Shown here in pieces: positions 9,112 to 19,453 of a stretch of 64,000 bases of DNA. The notes below the pieces were generated by a model. That model was not told where the DNA came from. It ran no database searches and saw only the letters and a list, made by a program, of their open reading frames with translations. The stretch's first letter is position 1, and every line of letters starts with the position of its first letter. The stretch covers positions 27,455-91,454 of the forward strand of contig CAZSDK010000016.1 in the NCBI GenBank assembly GCA_964605655.1. The letters run 5' to 3'. The stretch is from an uncultured Bacteroidales bacterium. Its GTDB lineage: Bacteria; Bacteroidota; Bacteroidia; Bacteroidales; CAIXZF01. Position numbers and translations under genes: made by a program.

Positions 9112-9561
9112 ATGACCGACAAAGAAAATATATCACCCAAAGCCCAGGAAGCCGAAAACGCTCCTGTAAGTCCGGAAGAAGCCTCACCCCAGACCAAAAA
9201 ATCAGGCCCGGAAAAGTGGTCGACGGGCCAGACCCTTCAAAGCATCCTCAACGGCACCTTCCTGACCAGAGAACAGGTATTGCGTTCTATACCCTACCTG
9301 TTTTTCCTGGCCTTCCTCGGACTGATCTATATCGCCAACACCTACCAGGCAGAAAGGACGATCAGCTCCATTGATGCCTGTAAAAAGGAACTGAAGGAAC
9401 TCCGCTATGAACACATAACCGTAAAATCTGAACTTATGTACCTGAGCAAACAGTCGGAGATTTCCAGAAGACTCGAAGGATCAGGCCTTAAACCCGTGGT
9501 GACGCCCCCTGTAAAAATCACCCTTCCCGCAAAAGAACAAACCCCTCAATACAAGGATTAA
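9112..9561 (+). CDS. ftsL: FtsL-like cell division protein
   Basis: Single TM helix followed by a coiled coil (KELKELRYEHITVKSELM); canonical position between rsmH and ftsI. Confidence 0.8.
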   Translation: MTDKENISPKAQEAENAPVSPEEASPQTKKSGPEKWSTGQTLQSILNGTFLTREQVLRSIPYLFFLAFLGLIYIANTYQAERTISSIDACKKELKELRYEHITVKSELMYLSKQSEISRRLEGSGLKPVVTPPVKITLPAKEQTPQYKD

Positions 9562-9563
9562 TC

Positions 9564-11669
9564 ATGACGAAAGAGAATAAAAAGGACATTCTTTGGAGGG
9601 TTTACCTGATCTATTTTAGTGTGGTTGTTTTCTCCCTCCTGATTGTCGGACGTATCATTCAGATCCAGTTTGTACAGGGAGACCATTGGAAGAAGAAATC
9701 CAAAGAGCTGTCAATCAGATACTTTCCCATAGATGAAATGAGAGGAAGCATCCTGGCCTGCGACGGCAGCATCCTGGCCACCAGCATTCCCATCTTTGAC
9801 CTCCGTATGGACGTTTCCGAAACCCTGTTCAAAGAAGACTTTCTTTATGCCCATATCGACTCCCTGGCCTTCTGCCTGAACCAGTTGTTCCACGACAGAA
9901 GTCAGAAAGACTACAAATCACTGATCCTCAATGCCTGGAAAGATCAGGACCGTTTCCTGCTGCTCAAACGTAACATCACCTATGGCCAGCTTAAGAAGGT
10001 AAAAACCTTTCCCATCCTCAGGCTGGGACAGTTTAAAGGAGGATTGATCGCCATAGAAAAGAGCCGGCGTGAACTTCCTTTCCGGATGCTGGCTGCGAGG
10101 ACCATCGGCTTTGAGCGTGGTGGTGTCAGCGTGGGCCTGGAAGGCGGATACAATAAATATCTGAAAGGAGAAAGCGGTAAAAGGCTGATGCGAAGGCTGG
10201 CCAATGGTGTCTGGATCCCTATCGACAGTGACACTGACATTGAACCAAAAGATGGCAATGACATCCTTACGACCATCGACATCACTTTCCAGGATGTGGC
10301 CGAAGACGCGCTTTATCGCTGCCTGCTCGAGAACGAAGCCGACCACGGCTGCGCCATCCTCATGGAAGTGGAAACCGGGGCCATCAGAGCGATCTCGAAC
10401 CTCACACGGAAAAAGGACGGAACCTACGGAGAACTGATGAACTACGCCATCTCAGAGTGCACAGAGCCCGGCTCCACTTTTAAACTTCCTTCCCTGATGG
10501 TCGCGCTCGAAGATGGTCTGGTCGATCTCGACGATACGGTGGACACCGAAGGAGGACAGCACCACTATTTTAACCAGACCATGAAAGACTCCCATGCCGG
10601 CGGCTATGGCAGAATTTCAGTCAAGAAAGCCTTTGAACTCAGCTCCAATGTGGGGATCTCCAAAGTCATCTACCGATCCTACTATGAGAATCCTCAGAAA
10701 TTCATCGACGGACTCAACCGGATGAGCATTAATCAGCCCCTAGGACTGGAAATCAACGGTGAAGCAAAACCCCTCATAAAGTCCACCAAAAATCCCATCT
10801 GGTCGAAATACTATTCGCTTGCCTGGATGTCGGTAGGCTATGAAGTCGGCATCACTCCCCTTTCACTGCTCACTTTTTATAATGCAGTGGCCAATAATGG
10901 CAAGATGGTCAGACCCATGTTCGTGAAAGAGATCAGGCAGTCAGGAACCGTTATTGAGTCTTTCGAACCATACGTCATCAACAAATCCATCTGTTCCAAA
11001 GAAACCATCGGCAAAGCCAGGGCTATTCTCGAGGGAGTGGTCACTAACGGCACAGCCAAACACCTTTTCAATACTACCTATTCCATCGCCGGAAAGACCG
11101 GAACAGCTCAAATAGCGAACGACAGTGCCGGTTACGACCATGTCAACTACAAGGCCACCTTTGTGGGTTATTTCCCAGCCGACCATCCCAAATATTCCTG
11201 CATCGTGGTGGTTAACAACCCTACAGCCGGCAAGTTCTATGGCGGTGCCGTGGCAGCACCTGTCTTTAAAGAAATTGCCGACAAGGTTTACGCCACCCAA
11301 CTCGACATCCACCAGAACAAGCCAGACAGCGCTGCCATCGCTTCCGGACCGCCCAGAGTCCTGGCAGCCAGCACTGCCGATTTGAACACCGTTTACAATA
11401 CCCTTGGTTTCAGAGCCACTACCGAGGAGGGAAGCCTTTGGCAGGAACATTACAGCGACAGCACGGGGAACGGCTTCCGCGCCAGGACGTTTACCGACAA
11501 TTGTGTTCCCAATGTGGTGGGCATGGGTGCCAAAGACGGCGTGTATCTCCTTGAACGCAACGGACTCAAAGTCAGGGTAATCGGAAAAGGGATCATCAGA
11601 AACCAGTCGATTGAACCCGGAACCAAGATCCAAAAAAAACAGATCGTCACTCTTGAACTGAAAAGCTAG
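9564..11669 (+). CDS. ftsI: Penicillin-binding transpeptidase FtsI with C-terminal PASTA domain
   Basis: EPGSTFK (SxxK), SSN, GKTGTAQ, VPNVVGM. Confidence 0.93.
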   Translation: MTKENKKDILWRVYLIYFSVVVFSLLIVGRIIQIQFVQGDHWKKKSKELSIRYFPIDEMRGSILACDGSILATSIPIFDLRMDVSETLFKEDFLYAHIDSLAFCLNQLFHDRSQKDYKSLILNAWKDQDRFLLLKRNITYGQLKKVKTFPILRLGQFKGGLIAIEKSRRELPFRMLAARTIGFERGGVSVGLEGGYNKYLKGESGKRLMRRLANGVWIPIDSDTDIEPKDGNDILTTIDITFQDVAEDALYRCLLENEADHGCAILMEVETGAIRAISNLTRKKDGTYGELMNYAISECTEPGSTFKLPSLMVALEDGLVDLDDTVDTEGGQHHYFNQTMKDSHAGGYGRISVKKAFELSSNVGISKVIYRSYYENPQKFIDGLNRMSINQPLGLEINGEAKPLIKSTKNPIWSKYYSLAWMSVGYEVGITPLSLLTFYNAVANNGKMVRPMFVKEIRQSGTVIESFEPYVINKSICSKETIGKARAILEGVVTNGTAKHLFNTTYSIAGKTGTAQIANDSAGYDHVNYKATFVGYFPADHPKYSCIVVVNNPTAGKFYGGAVAAPVFKEIADKVYATQLDIHQNKPDSAAIASGPPRVLAASTADLNTVYNTLGFRATTEEGSLWQEHYSDSTGNGFRARTFTDNCVPNVVGMGAKDGVYLLERNGLKVRVIGKGIIRNQSIEPGTKIQKKQIVTLELKS

Positions 11670-11672
11670 AAA

Positions 11673-13151
11673 ATGAACAGATCCCTGAGCGACATCCTTT
11701 ACAAGACCGGACTGCTGGAAATCAGCGGCGGTACCAATATTTCGATCAGCTCCGTAGCTTTTGATTCTCGTAAGGTTCAGCCGGGAAGTGCCTTTTTCGC
11801 AGTAAAAGGCACATCAGCTGATGGTCATGATTTTATTGATGTTGCCATCGAAAACGGGGCAGTCGCCATCATTTGCGAGCACCTTCCCAAAAAACGCAGG
11901 GAAGGCATCTCTTATGCCAGGGTCAACGACACCCAGGCGGCACTCGGACAGGCTGCATCCAACTTTTTTGATAATCCGTCGGAAAAACTTTCCCTGGTGG
12001 GCGTCACCGGCACCAACGGCAAAACCACCACGGCCACCCTCCTTTTTGAGGTCTTCAGAAGCCTGGGCTATGGAGCCGGTCTCCTTTCCACCATTGAGAA
12101 CAGGATACAAGACCGTGTGATCCCTGCCTCCCACACCACCCCAGATGCCATCGCCCTGAACAGCCTCTTACATGATATGGTGACGGCAGGTTGTGAATTT
12201 GCTTTCATGGAGGTCAGTTCCCATGCCATTGCTCAGGAAAGAATTCACGGGCTGACTTTCAAAGGTGGCATCTTCACCAACCTTACCCATGACCACTTGG
12301 ATTATCACCAAAATTTCCGCAACTATTTGAATGCCAAGAAGAAATTCTTTGACCAGATGCCAAACAAATCCTTCTGCCTGGTCAATGTCGACGATCCTAA
12401 TGGCATGACCATGGTTCAGAATACCAAGGCAAAGATCTTTACTTACGGTCTGAAAACGATGGCCGACTTCAAAGGAAGGATCCTGGAAAGCCAGTTTGAC
12501 GGTACCAAGATAGACATCAACGGCCATGAGATCTGGAGCCAGCTCATCGGGCAGTTCAATGTATATAATTTCCTGGCTGTCTTCGCTGCTTCTGTCCTGC
12601 TGGAACAGGAAAAAGAAGACATATTGATACTGCTCAGCCAGGTCACTCCGGTGGAAGGAAGATTCGACTGCCTGCGATCCACGGAAGGGATCACCGCCAT
12701 TGTGGATTATGCGCATACCCCCGATGCAGTGCAGAACGTCCTCAAAACCATCAGTGACCTAAGGACCGGCGCCGAAAAGGTGATCACGGTGATCGGTGCC
12801 GGAGGTGACAGGGACAAGACGAAACGGCCGATCATGGCAAGCATTGCCTGCCAGTTCAGTGATACTGTGATCCTTACATCTGATAACCCGAGGTCGGAAG
12901 ACCCGGAACAGATCATCGAGGACATGAGGTCGGGCCTCGACTATATCCAGAAAAAAAGGACGATCTCCATACTCAACCGCAGGGAAGCCATACTCACAGC
13001 CTGCCGCCTGGCATCGGGAGGAGACATCATCCTGGTTGCCGGGAAAGGACATGAAAAGTACCAGGAGGTGAAAGGGGTACGGACCCCTTTTGATGATAAA
13101 CAGATCCTCAGAGAAGCCCTTGAGCTTTACGAACAACCTAACAGTCACTGA
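11673..13151 (+). CDS. murE: UDP-MurNAc-dipeptide:DAP ligase
   Basis: [28 protein letters not shown] (DAP-specific), AGKGHE. Confidence 0.96.
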   Translation: MNRSLSDILYKTGLLEISGGTNISISSVAFDSRKVQPGSAFFAVKGTSADGHDFIDVAIENGAVAIICEHLPKKRREGISYARVNDTQAALGQAASNFFDNPSEKLSLVGVTGTNGKTTTATLLFEVFRSLGYGAGLLSTIENRIQDRVIPASHTTPDAIALNSLLHDMVTAGCEFAFMEVSSHAIAQERIHGLTFKGGIFTNLTHDHLDYHQNFRNYLNAKKKFFDQMPNKSFCLVNVDDPNGMTMVQNTKAKIFTYGLKTMADFKGRILESQFDGTKIDINGHEIWSQLIGQFNVYNFLAVFAASVLLEQEKEDILILLSQVTPVEGRFDCLRSTEGITAIVDYAHTPDAVQNVLKTISDLRTGAEKVITVIGAGGDRDKTKRPIMASIACQFSDTVILTSDNPRSEDPEQIIEDMRSGLDYIQKKRTISILNRREAILTACRLASGGDIILVAGKGHEKYQEVKGVRTPFDDKQILREALELYEQPNSH

Positions 13152-13153
13152 CC

Positions 13154-14407
13154 ATGCTGTACTATCTCTTTAACTATCTCGACAAAGCGTTTGACATCCC
13201 GGGTGCCGGTGTTTTCCATTACATCTCCTTCAGGGCTTCCATGGCCGTCATAACCTCCCTCCTGATATCACTCATCTTCGGAAAGCGACTGATCAACCTT
13301 CTTAAAAAGAAACAGGTGGGAGAACTCGTTCGCGACCTGGGCTTACAAGGCCAGATGGAAAAGCAGGGCACCCCGACCATGGGAGGATTGATCATCCTGG
13401 GAGCCATCCTGATCCCGACGCTTCTTTTTGCTAAACTGAACAACATCTATATTATCCTTATCCTGTTCACCACCGTATGGCTTGGCACCTTCGGATTCCT
13501 GGATGATTATATCAAGGTCTTCAAGAAAGACAAAAAAGGCCTGGCAGCCAAATTCAAGATCCTGGCCCAGGTGGTGCTGGGACTGATCGTCGGATTCACC
13601 CTCTACTTTCACCCCGCCGTAGTAATTAAGGAGAAAAAAGAAGGGACCGCCTTTGTCTATTCAAAGACAGCTTTCAATATTGAGAACGAGACCACTACCG
13701 GGCATCTCTACCCACAGAAACCCATAAAATCGACCAAAACCACCATCCCCTTTATAAAAAACCATGAGTTGGACTATGCCGTACTTCTGTCCTGGATGGG
13801 TGGAAATTACAAGCACTGGGCCTGGCTTGTCTTCGTACCTATCGTGATCCTTATCGTCACCTTTATTTCAAACGGAGCCAACCTGACAGATGGCATGGAC
13901 GGACTGGCGACAGGGACATCAGCCATTGTGGGGGTCACTCTTGGTATCCTTGCCTATGTCTCAGGCAACACGGTCTTTGCTAATTATTTGAACATCATGT
14001 ACATCCCAAACACCGGGGAGCTGACCATTTTCGTCAGTGCTTTTGTAGGGGCCTGTATTGGATTTTTATGGTACAACACCAATCCGGCCCAGGTTTTCAT
14101 GGGAGATACCGGCAGCCTGACCATTGGAGGCATCATCGCTGTATTTGCCATCATGATCAGGAAGGAACTGCTCATACCCATCCTCTGCGGTGTATTCGTC
14201 ATTGAAAACATCTCGGTGATGATGCAGGTCACATACTTCAAGTACACCAAACGCAAATACGGGCAAGGCAAGAGGATTTTCAGGATGTCACCGCTGCATC
14301 ATCATTACCAGGTTCTAGGATATGCTGAACCCAAAATTGTGATGAGGTTCTTCATTATCGGCCTCATGCTGGCAGTAGTTAGTATTATAACGCTTAAAAT
14401 CAGATAA
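13154..14407 (+). CDS. mraY: Phospho-MurNAc-pentapeptide transferase
   Basis: [39 protein letters not shown]. Confidence 0.97.
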   Translation: MLYYLFNYLDKAFDIPGAGVFHYISFRASMAVITSLLISLIFGKRLINLLKKKQVGELVRDLGLQGQMEKQGTPTMGGLIILGAILIPTLLFAKLNNIYIILILFTTVWLGTFGFLDDYIKVFKKDKKGLAAKFKILAQVVLGLIVGFTLYFHPAVVIKEKKEGTAFVYSKTAFNIENETTTGHLYPQKPIKSTKTTIPFIKNHELDYAVLLSWMGGNYKHWAWLVFVPIVILIVTFISNGANLTDGMDGLATGTSAIVGVTLGILAYVSGNTVFANYLNIMYIPNTGELTIFVSAFVGACIGFLWYNTNPAQVFMGDTGSLTIGGIIAVFAIMIRKELLIPILCGVFVIENISVMMQVTYFKYTKRKYGQGKRIFRMSPLHHHYQVLGYAEPKIVMRFFIIGLMLAVVSIITLKIR

Positions 14408-14430
14408 ATATAACACCCTAAAACAGGCAT

Positions 14431-14979
14431 ATGACATTAGATGCATTAGCATTACAAGGGAAGGGTCAGGTTTGCCAGCCTATGGCAGCGGCTCTCAGGC
14501 AAAGACTTAGTGATCTTCGCAATCCTTTGGTAAGGGAGATCCTAAGTGACTTTGTCAATACCGGCCACCGCCTGGAATTAGTGTCGACCATCCACCATGT
14601 TGACTATATCAACGACAGCAAGGCCAGCAACATCAATGCCACCTGGTTTGCGCTGGAGAGCATGAACCGCCCGGTAGTCTGGATTGCCGGTGGGCAGGAA
14701 GGATCCGGCAATTACACCCTGCTCACTGAACTGGTGAAGTCGAAAGTAAAAGTGCTGATCTGCCTGGGAGAACAAACAGAGGCCCTTTTCTCAACTTACC
14801 TCGGTGTTGTCCCAAATATTTATCGCGCCAAGAACATGGAGGAGGCTGTACAGATCGCCTTCCAGGTAAGCAAGGAAGGGGACACGGTACTGCTTTCTCC
14901 CGCCTGCCCGAGTTTCGATCGATATGAAAATTATGAAGAGAGAGGAAATCATTTCAGAGACATTGTATTAAGCCTTTAA
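14431..14979 (+). CDS. MurD C-terminal domain only (182-aa mini-MurD)
   Basis: HRLE, YINDSKASN, WIAGG and LLSPACPSFD.Y.NYEERG..F match MurD domain 3; there is no N-terminal or ATPase domain. Confidence 0.85.
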   Translation: MTLDALALQGKGQVCQPMAAALRQRLSDLRNPLVREILSDFVNTGHRLELVSTIHHVDYINDSKASNINATWFALESMNRPVVWIAGGQEGSGNYTLLTELVKSKVKVLICLGEQTEALFSTYLGVVPNIYRAKNMEEAVQIAFQVSKEGDTVLLSPACPSFDRYENYEERGNHFRDIVLSL

Positions 14980-14989
14980 TCAACGCGGT

Positions 14990-16156
14990 ATGTTAAAGTT
15001 CATCAAAAACAGCAAAGGAGACAAGGTACTACTGGTAGTGGTGATCATCCTTTCGATTTTTTCTTTGCTGGCGGTATACAGTTCCACTGGCACGCTTGCC
15101 ATGCGCAAACAGGGCGGCAATACCGAGTACTATCTGCTGAAACACTTCATCATTCTGATTTTCGGGTTTACCCTGATGTACCTGACCTACCGGATCAAGT
15201 TCATTTATTTTTCCCGCCTGTCGCAGATCGCCATGATCATCAGCATCGTCCTGTTAGCCGGAACGCTCATTTTCGGTGCATCTATCAACGATGCCAAAAG
15301 AGCATTGATCGTACCTTTTCTGAACCTCACTTTTCAGAGCTCCGACTTCGCCAAGTTAGCCCTGATCATGTACACTGCCAGGATACTGAGCATGAAGCAG
15401 GACCAGATCAAGGAGTTCAAGACTGCCTTTCTTCCCATCACATGGCCCATTCTGATCATTTGCGCCCTTATTGTTCCTGAAAACTTTTCCACCGCAGCCA
15501 TGTTGTTTGTCACCTGCCTGGTACTCATGTTCATTGGCAGGGTCAACATCAGATATATTCTCTCCATGATAGGCACCGGGGTTGTCATTCTGGCCCTTAT
15601 TATTGCCTTCATTTATGTCACCAAGCCCGATAAGGGAAGGGTGCTTACCTGGAAGAACAGGATAGAGAGCTTCGCTAACGGCACCAACAGCGAAGAAGGA
15701 TACCAGGTCGAGCAGAGCAAGATAGCCATCGCCACTGGGGGTGTGTTTGGTAAAATGCCCGGCAAATCAACCCAAAGGAACTTCCTGCCACATCCATACT
15801 CTGATTTCATCTATGCCATTATCATCGAGGAATACGGACTCCTCGGTGGTCTTTTAATGGTTTTGCTGTATCTGATCATTCTTTCGCGTGGGACACGTAT
15901 CGTGGTGAAAAGCCCCGGCAATTTCGGGGCTTTTCTCGCGATCGGGGTAAGTTTCAGCCTGGTTTTCCAGGCCATGATCAATATGGCGGTTTCCGTCAAC
16001 CTCTTCCCCGTGACAGGACAACCCCTCCCTTTTATAAGCATGGGCGGAACTTCCATCTGGTTCACCAGCATCGCCATTGGTATTATCCTGAGTGTCAGCA
16101 AGGAACTTGATAACAATAACCAAACAAAAAATGAGCCAGTCGCAGCCATCGCATAG
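14990..16156 (+). CDS. ftsW: SEDS peptidoglycan glycosyltransferase FtsW
   Basis: FQSSDFAKL, PHPYSDFIYAII.EEYG, PVTGQPLPFISMGGTS. Confidence 0.93.
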   Translation: MLKFIKNSKGDKVLLVVVIILSIFSLLAVYSSTGTLAMRKQGGNTEYYLLKHFIILIFGFTLMYLTYRIKFIYFSRLSQIAMIISIVLLAGTLIFGASINDAKRALIVPFLNLTFQSSDFAKLALIMYTARILSMKQDQIKEFKTAFLPITWPILIICALIVPENFSTAAMLFVTCLVLMFIGRVNIRYILSMIGTGVVILALIIAFIYVTKPDKGRVLTWKNRIESFANGTNSEEGYQVEQSKIAIATGGVFGKMPGKSTQRNFLPHPYSDFIYAIIIEEYGLLGGLLMVLLYLIILSRGTRIVVKSPGNFGAFLAIGVSFSLVFQAMINMAVSVNLFPVTGQPLPFISMGGTSIWFTSIAIGIILSVSKELDNNNQTKNEPVAAIA

Positions 16157-17252
16157 GTTTATCCTCAGCGGAGGAGGGACGGGAGGGCATATTTTCCCTG
16201 CCCTGGCCATTGCTGATGCGATCAGGCAGCGGGAGCCGGGAGCCTCCATCCTCTTTATCGGTGCCAGGCACCGCATGGAAATGGAAAAGGTGCCGGCAGC
16301 CGGATATACTATTAAAGGGCTGTGGATTAGTGGTTTGCAGCGAAAACTTACTGTCAGAAACCTGCTATTCCCCTTGAAACTGGTCAGCAGTCTGGTGAAG
16401 GCAGGGTTTATTGTAAAGCAATTCAAACCCGACGTAGTGATCGGGACCGGAGGTTTTGCCTCTGGGCCCACGCTCAGGATGGCATCCTTGTTCGGGATCC
16501 CCACCCTCATCCAGGAACAAAACTCCTATCCGGGCATCACCAACAGGATGCTGGCTGGAAAGGCTGATCGCATCTGCGTCGCCTATGAAGGTCTGGAACG
16601 ATATTTCCCAAAAAACCGGATTGTGATCACCGGTAACCCGGTAAGGAAAGATCTGTTGTCGCTCCATGAAAGAGTAAAAGAAGCCCTTTCATTTTTCAAA
16701 CTCGAAAAGGACAGGAAGACCGTGTTGATGATCGGAGGCAGCCTGGGGGCGCTCAGCCTGAACGAAGGGATGAGACTCTGTTCCTCAAAACTGCAGGAAA
16801 GAAGCATACAGGTGATCTGGCAAACCGGCAAATCGTATTACCCCATTGCCAAAAGTCATTGCGAACAGCAAAACCTGACCAATGTTCATGTTTTTGATTT
16901 TATTCATAGAATGGACCTGGCTTACGCTGCAGCCGATATCATTGTCTCCAGGGCAGGTGCCATCGCCATCTCGGAGCTGTGCATCGCCTCCAAACCATGT
17001 ATTTTGATCCCATCACCCAACGTGGCAGAGGACCATCAGACTAAAAATGCAAAAGCACTCACCGAAAGAGGAGCCGCTTTACTGTTGCCTGATAATGAAA
17101 CCCGCGAGAAACTGGGAGATATGGTCCTTGAAACGCTGGAGAACACCGAAATAAGGGTAAGACTCTCCGACACCCTTCATACAATGGCCAGGCCTGATGC
17201 CACAGAACATATTGCCGATGAAGTTTTTAAATTGATACGAACGGACAGATGA
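16131..17252 (+). CDS. murG: Lipid II N-acetylglucosaminyltransferase
   Basis: GGGTGGHIFP, GTGGFAS, QEQNS.PG.TN, GGSLGA, SRAGA; start moved to the ATG at 16131. Confidence 0.96.
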   Translation: MSQSQPSHRFILSGGGTGGHIFPALAIADAIRQREPGASILFIGARHRMEMEKVPAAGYTIKGLWISGLQRKLTVRNLLFPLKLVSSLVKAGFIVKQFKPDVVIGTGGFASGPTLRMASLFGIPTLIQEQNSYPGITNRMLAGKADRICVAYEGLERYFPKNRIVITGNPVRKDLLSLHERVKEALSFFKLEKDRKTVLMIGGSLGALSLNEGMRLCSSKLQERSIQVIWQTGKSYYPIAKSHCEQQNLTNVHVFDFIHRMDLAYAAADIIVSRAGAIAISELCIASKPCILIPSPNVAEDHQTKNAKALTERGAALLLPDNETREKLGDMVLETLENTEIRVRLSDTLHTMARPDATEHIADEVFKLIRTDR

Positions 17253-18619
17253 AACGACTCGGACATATCAGCTCAGCCTATTTCCTGGGGATCGGAGGCA
17301 TAGGGATGAGTGCCCTGGCAAGGTATTTTCTATCCATGGGCATCCGGGTGAATGGCTATGACCGGACGGTCACCCCGCTGACCAGGGAGCTGGAAAAGGA
17401 AGGGATCCCTGTCCATTATGAGGATAGACCCGGGCTGATCCCCGGCACGATCGACCTGGTTGTGTATACTCCGGCTGTCCCATCGTCACTGGATGAGTTT
17501 CAATTTCTCAAGCATTCCGGTATCCGGATGATGAAGAGATCCGAAGTGCTCGGGCTGATCTCTGAAGATTTTCACTGTATGGCCGTGGCCGGTTCCCATG
17601 GCAAGACGACGACCTCCACCCTGATGGCTCACCTCATGCATCTTGCCGGAGGAGGCTGCCTGGCGTTACTGGGAGGTATTTCGAAGAACTACAGATCAAA
17701 TTTCATCAACGATCCCTTCGCCCAGGTTCTGGTCACAGAAGCAGATGAATACGACCGTTCCTTCCTTCAGCTGTCACCCAGCCTGGCCGTCATCACCTCC
17801 GTCGAACCTGATCATCTCGACATTTACGGCACCTTTGAGGCATTACAGTCATCCTTCCGGGAATTCATCCGGCGCATCAGGCCTGGCGGCACCCTGCTGA
17901 TAAAATCAGGAATTGATTTTCAGTTCGATGCACCGGCCAACCTGAAAGTTTACACCTATGGACTCGATGCCGGTGGAAACTTCCATCCTGCAAACCTGAA
18001 AATTGAAGACAATACCTATCATTTTGATCTTCAGACACCTGATGCACTTCTCCAGGGATTTCAGCAACAGATTCCCGGTCTGATCAACGTGGAGAATGCC
18101 ACGGCCGCCCTGGCAGCCTGCCTGCTGACCGGCTGCCATCCTGCTTCCCTGGCTGAAGGGCTCACAACCTATACCGGTGTGAGACGCCGTCTGGATAAGA
18201 GATTTGATGAAGGGAACATAGTATATATTGATGATTATGCCCACCATCCCGATGAACTCAAAGCCTGTATCCTTTCAGTAAAACAACTTTATCCCGGAAG
18301 GGAGATCACAGGGATATTTCAACCCCATCTTTTTAGCAGGACCAGGGACCTGGCCTCAGGATTTGCTGACAGCCTGGCCCTTCTCGACCGTATCATCCTG
18401 CTGGATATTTATCCTGCCCGTGAAGAACCGATTCCCGGGGTGGATTCGCAGTATTTATTCAACCTGATCAACCATCCTGATAAGGCGATGAGCAACAAGG
18501 AGGACCTGCTACCCCTGCTTGGCCAGATGAACATTGAAGTCCTTCTCACCCTGGGTGCCGGCGATATCGATCAGTTGGTGGGCCCCATTGTAGACCTGTT
18601 AACCAAGAAAACCATTTAG
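17249..18619 (+). CDS. murC: UDP-MurNAc:L-Ala ligase
   Basis: GIGGIGMSALA, GSHGKTTTS, EADEYDRSF, DDYAHHP, FQPHLFSRT. Confidence 0.96.
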   Translation: MKRLGHISSAYFLGIGGIGMSALARYFLSMGIRVNGYDRTVTPLTRELEKEGIPVHYEDRPGLIPGTIDLVVYTPAVPSSLDEFQFLKHSGIRMMKRSEVLGLISEDFHCMAVAGSHGKTTTSTLMAHLMHLAGGGCLALLGGISKNYRSNFINDPFAQVLVTEADEYDRSFLQLSPSLAVITSVEPDHLDIYGTFEALQSSFREFIRRIRPGGTLLIKSGIDFQFDAPANLKVYTYGLDAGGNFHPANLKIEDNTYHFDLQTPDALLQGFQQQIPGLINVENATAALAACLLTGCHPASLAEGLTTYTGVRRRLDKRFDEGNIVYIDDYAHHPDELKACILSVKQLYPGREITGIFQPHLFSRTRDLASGFADSLALLDRIILLDIYPAREEPIPGVDSQYLFNLINHPDKAMSNKEDLLPLLGQMNIEVLLTLGAGDIDQLVGPIVDLLTKKTI

Positions 18620-18634
18620 AAAAGATAACAAACC

Positions 18635-19447
18635 ATGAGCAAGTCCCTGATCAAGAAAATAGCGACCATCTGTTTCTGGATTGGCTTTTCAGCGGCGACG
18701 GTCGTCACGGTAGGCTTTGTGGAATCAGAACACAGCAAACTGAGATGCAAGGATGTTGACATTTCTTTAAATACGGCTGGCGAAAATTCCTTCCTTACCC
18801 AGGCCGAGGTGATGAAGACTATTGAGCAGCTGCTGGGCGACACGGTAGTCGGGAAGCCCATGAAGGAGATCAGTATCAGTCTGATCAGGTCACGCCTGGA
18901 GGAAAATCAGTATGTGGCCCATGCCACGGTCTATGCCACGGTCGACGGCATCCTCAAGGTGGAGATTTCCCAGAGATCGCCTATGGTCCGGGTACAAAAT
19001 GCCCTGGGAGAGTGCTTCTACCTTAGTGATGACGGCCGCATGATTCCTGTCAGCTTCCTGTACACCGCCCGTGTCCCTTTTGCCAATGGCCTGATCACCG
19101 AAAAATACGATGTTGCCAGAGACCTTGTACCCGTGATCGATGGTCCGCCCGAGATCAGCAACAGGATCACCACCCTTCAGAAGATCTATATGCTGGGCAA
19201 TGCCCTGCAGCAGTATCCCTTTCTCAAGGCACAGATCGAGCAGATCTTTGTCGACAGTGAGGGTGACATCGAACTTATCCCGCTGGCAGGTGAACATACG
19301 GTGATCCTTGGTAATGTGGACTACCTCACCGAAAAACTCGACAAGCTTACCGCCTTTTACCAATACGGGTTAAAACTGAAAGGGTACAATACATACAAGA
19401 GCATCAACATCAAATTCAAGAATCAAATTATCTGTTTAAAAAACTAA
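18635..19447 (+). CDS. ftsQ: Cell division protein FtsQ/DivIB
   Basis: N-terminal TM helix, POTRA-like region and C-terminal INIKFKNQIIC; canonical position. Confidence 0.85.
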   Translation: MSKSLIKKIATICFWIGFSAATVVTVGFVESEHSKLRCKDVDISLNTAGENSFLTQAEVMKTIEQLLGDTVVGKPMKEISISLIRSRLEENQYVAHATVYATVDGILKVEISQRSPMVRVQNALGECFYLSDDGRMIPVSFLYTARVPFANGLITEKYDVARDLVPVIDGPPEISNRITTLQKIYMLGNALQQYPFLKAQIEQIFVDSEGDIELIPLAGEHTVILGNVDYLTEKLDKLTAFYQYGLKLKGYNTYKSINIKFKNQIICLKN

Positions 19448-19453
19448 AACAAT

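Noticed and set aside
11667-11675. ftsI TAG in frame with the murE ATG (TAG AAA ATG): possible readthrough fusion
   Set aside because: No recoding signal seen; both genes have normal termini; in-frame adjacency happens by chance one time in three
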